A stretch of DNA of 64,000 bases from positions 10,788,001-10,852,000 of the forward strand of contig OZ116700.1 of assembly GCA_964199315.1 (NCBI GenBank), given 5' to 3'. The position numbers were made by a program, and so were the translations under genes. The notes beneath the pieces are model-generated. The model saw nothing but the letters and a program-made list of their open reading frames with translations. It ran no database searches and was not told where the DNA came from. Source of the DNA: Orbicella franksi (Eukaryota). Shown here one piece after another: positions 48,901 through 57,300 of this stretch (position 1 is the stretch's first letter; every line of letters starts with the position of its first letter).

Positions 48901-49506
48901 AAACCTTCCACTGGGTTCGAATTTTCTAATGAGCATGCTGAGAAATTCCAAGCTACGGGCGTACGTGCTGACGATTGCCTGGGCAATGAACCTGTAGAAG
49001 ATAATTCATCGCTTCAACAAGATATTGAAGAAGCCGAGGATACTCTGGACGAGGGCATCGAGTTAGAAAAAAGGTGCTCTTCAAGTGAGGGATACTATAC
49101 TCCTGAAGATACTATAGAACTGTTAGTTAGAAGAGATAGTATTGCAGAAGAACAAACCGAGACAGATTGTGCGAGTGATAGAACTCAAAACAGCAATCCT
49201 GAACTTGGTTGTACAAGCAATGAAACAAAACCAAGTGATCCCAAAAGTGTTTTTCAGTCGGAAAAAGATGTAGCGACGTCATGTTTACAACAAGGCAATC
49301 ATGAGCTTGTTAGAGAACTAGAAACTGATAGTGCGAACTCACAAAGCCAGCCCCCTAGCGCCTGGAGTAACCATGATTCAAGCTTAGGAGTCACACAAGA
49401 TCTGACAAGAAGCCAAATGGATATCCTGAAGGCTGTGACGGCAGCTTTCGAGGAGATTCTGGAACTTCACGGCGACGATAATGACACAGACGACACCAGA
49501 CTGTGA
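30971..49506 (+). CDS. SKAP/AFAP-like adaptor B (N-terminal DM-like segment, 6 PH domains, long acidic tail, C-terminal DTRL), 2509 aa
   Basis: Exons: 30971-30995, 31246-31643, 35265-35518, 36356-36845, 37998-38725, 39229-39523, 41330-41481, 42920-43044, 43661-43779, 44563-49506. The total of 7530 nt is divisible by 3, all junctions are GT-AG and phases match (1,0,2,0,2,0,2,1,0). The protein starts MDKHDRFLAINQTLPGLEDFLKVVLGSEPLSEEANRQRIEFLRRL. Confidence 0.85.
34204..34391. mobile_element. MITE
   Basis: TIRs TGTTCAGTTCCAGAAAATATCCATAC ... GTATGGATATTTTCTGGGACTACACA. Confidence 0.8.
36356..36845 (+). CDS. Adaptor B exon 4, PH domain 1
   Basis: VIKGYLKDIKANKRRWCVLQGNRLHIFK...LAIEDGQDLSPWMSAIMAAA; acceptor tttag at 36351-36355, donor gtaagt at 36846. 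Confidence 0.88.
37998..39523 (+). CDS. Adaptor B exons 5-6, acidic linker and PH domain 2 (AFAP/SKAP-type), split by a phase-2 intron
   Basis: SGILYQKRRLGVWSKRYCKIIDSRFKCYR/NPADEKPSLNFPILGYDV...YCIKISHPSQETYYFATDSRVSIERWIEVL resembles the recalled AFAP1 PH1 (FLLRKKRFGQWTKLLCVIK) and SKAP2 PH (FAIDGYSV...FEISAPDKRIYQF). Confidence 0.88.
39680..39930 (-). mobile_element. Possible LINE 3' end with poly(A) tail
   Basis: Minus strand has a T-rich UTR-like tract, then AAATAAA and an A-run ending near 39680; no ORF recognised. Confidence 0.3.
41673..41849. mobile_element. MITE family X copy 3, inserted in a SINE
   Basis: Starts CAGGGCTGTCAATAAGGG and ends CTTAATTACAGCCC; opposite orientation to copies 1 and 2. 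Confidence 0.75.
41917..42212 (-). mobile_element. Full-length tRNA-derived SINE inserted antisense in another copy of the same family
   Basis: 296 bp, flanked by an 11-bp direct repeat ATCCCATCCAG (41906-41916 and 42213-42223); TTACC-repeat tail at the 41917 end. Confidence 0.9.
43125..43448. mobile_element. MITE, diverged
   Basis: Termini GGTTGTTCATTATTTACC ... GTAAATGGTACACAACC. Confidence 0.55.
43977..44153. repeat. About 70-bp near-perfect inverted repeat with a short spacer
   Basis: TCATAGATGACG...GTGGCACACGAACCGTTAGGCGAGTGTGTCACTG versus CAGTGACACATTCGCCTAACGGCTCGTGTGCCAC...CGTCATCTATGA. Confidence 0.85.
44563..49506 (+). CDS. Adaptor B terminal exon (4944 nt): PH3-PH6 plus acidic disordered tail
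   Basis: Open frame from acceptor ttacag (44557-44562) to TGA at 49504-49506. PH-like units lie at about 44779-45063, 45385-45660, 45841-46122 and 46468-46752, each with a G.L...RWC start and a terminal W helix. Confidence 0.93.
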   Translation, partial: ETSEDSTAKKDKRWTDTLKKKKLSRGNSYDYRLRGNVTPLTHPDSAKNKHPSMRRKNSQTIVNLTNLFDREGRFCGYLTEVRYNKFGTTHLRRWCVVKNGLLILFNSEREDTPQVKLSLVDMWLTDKSEESRNKFCFALEDKDGNETTFQTTVEEDFQKWMGVLELFTELRVERPQPEVAAEPLGKTDSCASDLGDGSFERGTLRTKSSRAAAKIKDEIYALAPGKVRTSLRMKLSQRRNVIDFFRKTHSSYDLEAGAPPEGSSLPEADVDTLAVFGGNLKQVESNGSTNSRWCTIKQKELMIFSDRKASDPLRKIPLLRSAFGDLSDDESSPNRFQIRFCNETLVFEACDKFDHNRWLRMLASAIERRNSSDDDRPKCVGRLTSPTFTKKKILHRRNRSEALSQDGETPTSATKTREGSTSTTDRLMSGYLQEVRETHGARTLLRRWCVATSEEFIVYENQNSKKASFEWELSQMSVQDQSDMDAGSFGFRVSLGAEKVCFKVIDEDSARHWLSVLARYCHSVAANEPLRSNSKEDRRRSASDNDLKSKSTEEDPNVLEVLSEGRASGRKLMRRATEDSTFFRKFNRSELFKAPWRASTEKLEVKMRDRERSGRAAANKALKRFSCGSLFDSDGKYTGHLMELITHELYSSQVRRWCVQKDDYLYVYDNEAADEPIKVIPLCNAKVLDNSDVEGCVYRFRVDYGEGKTVFFRALTRTDLEKWTTVISVKTAVLLDRSERQLRRSRTFSSEKSSSESEVTSPIIDYRAARTLTADSGSYNETVSIWSADSVFDPANDPSSEGLKPVNPDYENVTSPVERKDEQPPNEQRNDLPSAVSTVSEAEFSGSNRKTGSSLSSIEDLSHVYENFLAFASAMAERSPEFQEQLYHVYENVTQALDRGNQGSTQNEGQITEELPEEVRQGSNEGNELGSPSMEMSSEFEKISLRENDEKDSSNAYRYSGISGESELEKVVEDANENEHHVLDAAAEDEKSAQTEANQSDVMVRGGSACETASAAVVSASRGAEELVEVPVSSGNEDLVPNEDVVNESEQETVANRNDNEIEEIRDFEKDTGCISVEDSINISDGLYELQSETGENMNEVATSQSSLQDESVQEDSSSRPLVHVDHISAVEMGDSSLYLVEQVNDQVGREIKGEEFSGPFVQTSDVLDAVRVSTPCDSNSSETLLERGCLASTVEKSASNGDDESRTSNLEVQDSNNALEFTGNDFNVENDDESLNKPEVSETEPPSLSAAEDDEYQKELQDGERGTEGGKTWNSADTILEASENVCAAKTFEPSLPVTLKCPKEAEVPCEQTLASEVNLSEHAQIWEEAVTRVDESPSSTTQDFELESHALPESPNSDLESGDFTSAQGSPEVESYEVGNDSKQEYNAINNVDQSLSSSLPGQTNREDFSPETGIDSASAIEIYSETVANFPEERYAKSNQLEQKPSTGFEFSNEHAEKFQATGVRADDCLGNEPVEDNSSLQQDIEEAEDTLDEGIELEKRCSSSEGYYTPEDTIELLVRRDSIAEEQTETDCASDRTQNSNPELGCTSNETKPSDPKSVFQSEKDVATSCLQQGNHELVRELETDSANSQSQPPSAWSNHDSSLGVTQDLTRSQMDILKAVTAAFEEILELHGDDNDTDDTRL

Positions 49507-49838
49507 TGGAGGCTAGAAAACATTTAGTCCAAGAATTTATCAACAGTTTAAGTAAGCAAACTGCTTCTTCGTACGCTCAATGTTTCCTCAAGAGAAGTCT
49601 AAGATTCGAGCCTAGAAATTCCATTCTGTTGACAAAGATGTGCGGCATCAGCGCAGGTTCTCTGATTGGCTGTCTTTTGCGCGGGAAAATTCAGAAATAG
49701 CCAATCAGAGGCTTTGTAAAATTACGTTATTAACACGGAATTTTTCGAGTCTAAAAACTTGGTTAAGATTTCTGCGCGCGAAGAGTGACTTCTGTTTACT
49801 GAGGCCTAAGCAACTTTCCTCATTTTCAAGGCACCAGG

Positions 49839-50032
49839 ATAGCCGAAGGTCGATATATCAAAATTCTAACATGGCATCGGGGTTTTCTGCCAAAATTCAA
49901 TATTTGATCTTGTTTTATTTGTATCAAGTCTCTCGTGAGAATTGCCAGCGAGAGGAATCTTAGAGAATTTGCTAGTTGAGGCAAAGAGCCTCGGATTCAT
50001 GTTAGAATTTTGATATATCGAACATGGACTAT
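49839..50032. mobile_element. MITE in the probable 3' UTR of adaptor B
   Basis: TIR core CGATATATCAAAATTCTAACATG ... CATGTTAGAATTTTGATATATCG. Confidence 0.75.
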
Positions 50033-52124
50033 TGTTGACTATCGCCTAGAATGATTGAATGCACTGGTGAATCATTCCAGCATACAAACAGTTCAGCAAG
50101 TTTACTCAAATTCAAAACACAGCGTGGATGGTGTTAAGGCAAGGCTAAACGGCTACGTCGCGAAAACACCGTAGATACAATCATTTCCACTAGCTTACAC
50201 TGCTCCAAAGCCGAAAATATGAGGCAAAAAATATTTCTGAAGCATTTCAAACCCTTTTTACTTCGTGATCATTTGTTTCAGCAACATTGTTTCCTAGAAA
50301 TGACTTGTTCCCTAGCAACCCCACTGCTTGAAATTTGTGGGCTCAGTTTTTAATAAAACTTTGTTCCAATATTATATTCCTATAAGAAATCGATTTTCAT
50401 ATTTCGTTACAACTCGCAGTGTTTCCGAACTAGAAGGAATTTTGGCCACAGGATTGTTGCACCGTGGGCAGGAACATTACTTACTCGATCAACGTTGTTA
50501 AGTTGTTCTTTTACATTGCTTTTTGGTGGAGATGGGACGGAAAATCTGCTTCAGAGTATGTTAGTTAGCTAGGCTAGATTTTTTTTAATGGCTTATCCCA
50601 TCGCTCACATCCTGTTCTACAGTTGTCTGTCTTAATCCCAAACCTGTTGATGAAAAAAAACGCTTCAAATAACAATATTCTACGTTGTACTTTGAAATTT
50701 CAAATTATTACGAGTTCTTAAACTGTAGGGATATTAACTTTTCTGTTACTGATGAAGGCCTGCGTGACTTGGCCATGGCAAAGAAGGCGTGACTATACTG
50801 CCTGCGCCGTCAAATGTTTGCGCTTTCGTTGACTATGCAATCAGAATTGCATCAGCTAAGAGATAAATTTTACTATTAAGCATAATGTTATAACAGGTAT
50901 TCACAGCAATTAACATTAAGAAAGTAAATAGTCATTACTGTAGGATATGTTCAAATCAAAATATCACGCGACGTAAATATGTCACGCAATCAATTTTTCT
51001 CGCTTTGAAAATGATTAATATAATGATAAATAGATTAACGTTCTGTTAAAATCAAAACTTATTGAAATATTGTCTAATTCATGCCATTTCATCGGTTCAA
51101 ACGTTCAATGATGTGAAAGAAATTTTTTAAGAAATGTATGAATTTAATTTAAATTATAGTTTAGTTTATTTAAGTTTGAAAGAGGAAGTACAGTCTTGGA
51201 AATTTTGCAAGGATTACAAATGTACACGTGTTGTTGAAGTGTCTTGAGTGAATTGTTGATATCTACGTTCATAACAGAATTTCTCACTTTGTCGTTCACC
51301 CTGTTTCAAATTATACATTTTGAGTAAACGCTCAGTTTACCAATGCAGGCGTCCTCGAGCTTTTTGTTCGGTGTTTGCTGGAGAGTTTGAGGTAATTGTG
51401 GCTTCTGTAATATATGCTGTACAGTTGAAGTAATATTCCAAATCATTTCATAGGAACCAAGGTGTCTGTTATAGACAATAAAAGAGAAGGAAAGTGATTA
51501 TTGTACGTAATTCTTTAATTTAAGTTAAAGTTGTTTTCTAACTTAATTACGGACCTTGAACTCGGTTAGTAATAACTACTAGCTAACCGAGAATGAGGTT
51601 TTTACGGGAAAATGTCAAACCGAGACCTCGCAGTATTGACCGAGCGATAGCGAGGTCATTACGGCAAGGCTAGTTCTTAAATTACGAGTTCTAGAGGTTA
51701 TGCATTTAAAAAGTTACTTGGGATGTGTCTAACTCTTTACCAAGGAGGGCTTTGTGGTTCTGGTATCGTTAGGGATCATTCTTGGGTCTGAAATAAGGAA
51801 GTGCTTTCGTGACAACTAAATGAACCGTGACAGGTGCCACAAAAGTCTTATCACGTACTTGTTCCTCTTTGTACACGCATTCAATGTGTACCCTGCCAGG
51901 AACTACGAAATGAGACTGGTTAACTTCGCGTTATATCGACAAGTACCGGAATACCTTCCCGTTGATCTATAGAGAAGTCCGCAGAAAAGTTGAATACAGT
52001 TGAGACTAGACCAGTCTACTGCTCTTTAACATTGTACGGCGTGTAAGTACACAGACTGTACGCTAAACCAACGGATTTGCGGGGGAGGCCTGGGAAGCAT
52101 AACCTTTGTATTTGAGCGGGTCAG

Positions 52125-52300
52125 TTCAGTGAAACCTGTATTAAGCAGACCCCATATTAAGCGGAAACCAGCTTGAGTCCTTAAATTTTCTTTCCACATC
52201 TACTGTAAAATAAACCTGCATTCAGCGGACACCTCTGTTAAGAGGACGCGGACACCAATATCAAGCCATTTTGTTGGGCAAAACCTGCAATAAGCGGACA
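52125..52300 (+). mobile_element. pogo/Tigger-like MITE fragment
   Basis: CAGTGAAACCTGTATTAAGC start with recurring TAAGCGGACAC subrepeats; right end not resolved. Confidence 0.45.
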
Positions 52301-52904
52301 CTTCAAGAGCTTTTTACCACTAAAAGTTCAGCTGGACTCCTTTAACATTGTTGAACGATGTCGTCTTAAAGCTAAGAAGATTAGTCCAGATTGATGCATT
52401 GACTGACTGGACATTGTGGTATGAGCAGTCTTTCATCTCACGCTATGTTACACTGTGTTACAAAAGTGTTAATAATTAACTATTATTGTACAAAACAGTA
52501 CCCCCTGAGTCTGTATTTTATCTTTTGTCGCCACTGAAGGACTTTTACAGACAAAAAATTCTGATTTAACAGGAAAAGCTTTCAAGTTCTCCGGTTTGTG
52601 ATACACGTAGATAGCGTTATTAAATTGCCACAGGTACTAAGGTCTCAAAACCAGTTCGGGAGACTGAAATGTGACAAATAAAAATAATAGTATGAAACTA
52701 AAAATTATACTAGGTATTCAAGACGTGAAGTTTCAACCCGGGTTGAACACAATGAACAGAGGAAAGTAGAAACCAAACTGATCTTGGAACTTTCAAACCA
52801 AAAATAAATTGAATTGGCGGATAACAACTGAGGTAATTGATCATGAAATCATTCAGTGAGTAAATAAATCACCTCTCCGTGAAATTTCAAGAATGCAATT
52901 TGTA

Positions 52905-53365
52905 TAGGTAATCATACGGTTTCGAGTTCAATTTGGAATTAATTTGCACGAGTGAGTTTTTCAAAAAGTTGAAATTGCACGAACCGCTTCGGCGAGTGTA
53001 ATTTCAGCTTTTTGAAAAACTCACAAGTGCAAATTAACTCCAAATTGAACGAGAAAAACCGTATGATTACTTATTAATAATATAAACATGAAAAAATTTG
53101 CACGGAGGAAGTGCCGGAAGATCTTTCTTGAAGCCATTTTTTCTCATTTGAGAAAACTTTTTTCAAAGTTTCAGCACAAAATTTTCGTCATCATTTTACG
53201 TGATATCATTTTCTTAGAAAAGTTCCTATTGTCTTTCAGTCAATCATAGTCCAGAATTTCGATGTGTAATTTGCACTGATGTTACACTTTTTGCACTGTG
53301 TTACACTGGAACTGCACTGCTCTTAGCCAATCAGAATCGAGTAATTTTTTCATGTGTATTATTAT
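52905..53365. repeat. Interspersed repeat beginning with an approximately 170-bp hairpin
   Basis: TAGGTAATCATACGGTTT...AATTTGCAC...TTTTTCAAAAAG pairs with CTTTTTGAAAAA...GTGCAAATT...AAACCGTATGATTACTTA (52905-53073); ends near CCAATCAGAATCGAGTAATTTTTTCATG. Confidence 0.65.
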
Positions 53366-54369
53366 CTCGTTAATTACCTTTTCTTGCTTTTACCAGTGCT
53401 TTTGCACAAACGTTTAAACAGTTGATCACCCTCTATTGGCGCCGTTATGAGTTAAAGCATAGCTATCAGATCTTCTGCCTGGTTGAATGCTTTGTGTGGG
53501 AGATATTTTCAATTTGTACCACACCAGGAGCTCATAAACCCGTTGTGTTGATTTTAATGAGATTTGCCTGCTATGCGCTCTTTATCTTCGCTGTTTCAAT
53601 TTTTCAAATTCTAATCGGAAGCTAGACTGGGAAAAATGATCTGCAGCAGTACATACAGTACGTTAACATTTCTAGACATCATGAGGAGCAACAGCTAATA
53701 AAGCAACAACCTCTCACTAGCGACATTGACATCAAGCGAAGGCTTTAGCTCTTGAATGAAGAGAATCTCTTTAATTTTGCAATGAAAGGCAGTTTTGCCG
53801 GACGCTAAAATTAAATGGCAAAGCACGTAGACATTTTTCGCGGGAACATTTTACCTCCTGGGGGGCAGCGGTCGATTGGCAGAGTCATGTATCCCTTAGT
53901 ATAGTGTCGAGTGTAGGGCAAAAGAAAATGGCCGATGAATGAAGATTGGCGAAATCCGGCTCGAATTTAGGCCTTAAGATACGCAATTTACCTCTGCCAT
54001 GCTTTATGTACCAGACCATGATGCCGTAATATAAGGATTTCGTTTTACCCGGAGATACCGGCAGTGTCGCCAAGATTCTTGTTTACAAACAATTTTTGAA
54101 TGATGATCATTGATCATGTAGCCACCGTGATTGTGTGAGGCATTTATGTCCTAATTCACCCTGCTTTTTTATTTGCAGATCCACTATTTGAAGACAAAGC
54201 ATGCGACTGAGTGATGAGTGTTCACTATTTTTGGTCGTAGCGATATCTCATAGATTCCTCATTCAATCTGTTTGTGTTATATTTGGAATTCTTACATCAT
54301 GAGCTACAAACGAACTTAACCATGCGAGCCATCGCTCCCCAAAACAGCTCAGAAACAACATGAAAAACT

Positions 54370-57300
54370 ATGTCTTATGTTCAGGGTCCTTTTGCGGCTC
54401 TATCAACTCGATTACTGCAGTTTCATCTTCTAGTCGCTGGTGTATCGTTCCTTGGTTATGCTTTGGATATTAAGAATTCCTTTTGTAAATGCGAGGACTT
54501 TCCGATAGAGGATCGACCGTTTGTAGCGATTTGGAACGCCCCGACGGGTGGGTGTTATGTTAACTACAGCATCAACATAAATCTAAGAGATTTTGACATT
54601 CTCGAGAATCCGAAGCAAACTTGGGATGGAAAATACGTTACGGTATTATATAATGCACAGCTTGGACTGTATCCGTATTTCACGAACGAGCAAGGAACGA
54701 ATAGCTATAATGGAGGAATGCCCCAGGTAAACAAGCAAACATGTCACCGTATTTACCCCGTTTCAGGTCATTAACTCTTTCGTAAACTTCACTCTTTTTA
54801 GCCTCAAGGTATTCTGTTCAATTTGAAATATAGAAGACAATATGTTCAATTCTTTAGGGTCTTCAGTCATTGTATTACAGGATTTGTATGGTTTATTTTC
54901 ATCTTACAAATGTTTACTACCCACTTAAAAATAACCCTTCAGTCAATTGAGGTCATTTGTGTACATTACTCTCAAGTAGCTATTAATTTCCTAGACTGAA
55001 ATCCAAAACATTTGATATTATGACATGCTGTAATAAATGTTTTCTTAATTTTCAGCTGATAAATTTAGCTGCACATCTGAAGAAAATGAAAAAAGACGTT
55101 ATTAGAAAAATTCCAGACCCAAATTATAGTGGTTTGGCAATTATTGATTGGGAAGGCTGGCGCCCAACATGGGACAGGAATTTTGACTCAAAAAGAATCT
55201 ACCAAAGCAGATCAATTGAACTTGTTCAAGAAAAACACCCAGAGTGGACAATGGAAGAAGTGATTGAAGAAGCAAAACAAGAATTTGAACAATCTGCCCG
55301 TGGGTTAATGGAAAGTACTATAAAGTTAGCAAGACAGCTGAGACCCAAAGGACTGTGGGGCTTCTATGGATTCCCTGATTGTTTCGGGAAAAGTGATACA
55401 AATTACCGCTGCTCTCATGAGGTGGGTGCATCTTATATAATTTTTTGGCATAGTTAACTTTGCACTCTGGAATCGTCGTCATGTGAGAGATGGAAAAATT
55501 AATTAAACGTTTATGCACTTATGCTTACAAAAACATATGGATATAAGAATCATGCAAGGTGAGTTTGTTGATCAGGAGCCAAAGATAAATTATTTGCAAA
55601 ATGAGTGTTCTTGCAATATCCCAGTGGTCGATATTTGCAAAACTAAACCATAGAAATGTGTGGTTGCTTGTTATTTTGAAGCAACTTCAATTTCCTTGTC
55701 GTTAACTGGTATATAGTCAATATTAATTGTTTTTTGACTTATCAGGCATGTGCATGATGCATCTTTGGCAACCGTTATATACTAATTTGACATTTACTAT
55801 TGGAGTGCAAGATCAAGTTTTGAACACTAATGTCTTACAGAGTGAATTGTCAGTGATGCATAGCATAGTTGAAAATTTCTATGTAACTACATTGATCATG
55901 ATTTACTATCACTGTTAAAAAGCATCAAATCTTCTCACACCTAATTGGTCCAAACATTTCACATGATACAGCCAAGACTGAAGAATTCCCAGTGGTTCTG
56001 GCTAGTGATTTCCTCCAAGTGGTATTCCTCAGTTTTCGAATGTCGTGTTTTATGTTCGTGTATTAGTTTTCATCCCAATATAATTGTTGAAAGGCATAGA
56101 ACTGAAAAGTTTGCACAGAACAGCAATACATTTAAATTGGTCTTTTAAAACAAGCAGCTTTAAACCCAGTCATTTTCTTCTGGCTTAAAGAATATGCATG
56201 GACATTTTGTTTTGCACATTATCTCTCCCTTAAAGATCACAGGTTTCCTCCAGCTTCACTCTCAGAACACTCTTTGCCTCTCAGAACAGATAATGTCAAA
56301 ATGAGGTTTATATAATGTAGAGTCCATGGACTCAAATCCCATGATTTTGCAAACACAACTGAAAGAATCCTTTCTTCACTTTACAAACTAAATTCATTTG
56401 TTTTCAGAACCAAGAACTGAACAACAAATTGAAATGGTTGTTTTCAAGCAGCACTGCTCTCTATCCATCGGTTTATTTGTATGATCAGCAGTCGTCAAAC
56501 AAAGCATTTGCATATGGCCGACTGGAAGAAGCATTCAGACTAGCAACATGGGTTTCAAAGGAAAAAAATAGAAGAGTACCTGTGTTTCCTTATTTTCGAC
56601 ATTTGTATGAAGGAAAACCACTGGAGTTTGACTACCTCACTGATGTAAGAATTTATTGAATTTTGTGTCATTGTGTCATTTACACTACCTAACATTTCTT
56701 CTGCAAACAAAACTGACATGTAGGACATGTTTTTCCTTTTTGAGAACAGTAGTGGAAAGCGTGATGGCACTTAAAACTTCCTCTCTCCACCATGCGTATA
56801 AATGTGTGCCAACAAATTTAATATCAGGGGTGGATAACCTTACGATGGACAAGTGTCATGTCATCCAAAGGGAAGAGAAATACTCCTAGTTGCTCTGCTG
56901 TGGAAACAGAGAGAAGTCTCGGCAAAATGGGTCGCTTTGGCTTGATATAAATTTAACCTTGCCTTCACTACTATTTCTGGAGCATTCTTTCAAACTGCCT
57001 TGGAGGCCAGGAACATTTAGCGACAGTCCAATAGAGTTCATAAAATAGGGGAACATTTGCTTCAGTCTGTAATGCTCCCACTCCTAAAGTGAACTGACAG
57101 AAACTCCTTTTCGGTATTTCCACTTTTTCTTCTTTGTACTGAGTTTTATTATTATCTGGCTGCTCTTTTAGATTGATCTGCGCAATTCAATTGGCCAGGC
57201 AGCTGATATGGGTGCAGCGGGTGTGGTCATGTGGGGTAATAGGCGTGATGAAAACACCTCTCCTGCTGTATGCCAAGAACTTAATAACTACATTAAAACA

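Noticed and set aside
44680-49506. Stand-alone 1608-aa intronless gene starting at 44680, as in the ORF track
   Set aside because: The start is TTG, and the frame is open back to a strong acceptor at 44562 that joins exon 9 in phase. It is better explained as a terminal exon.
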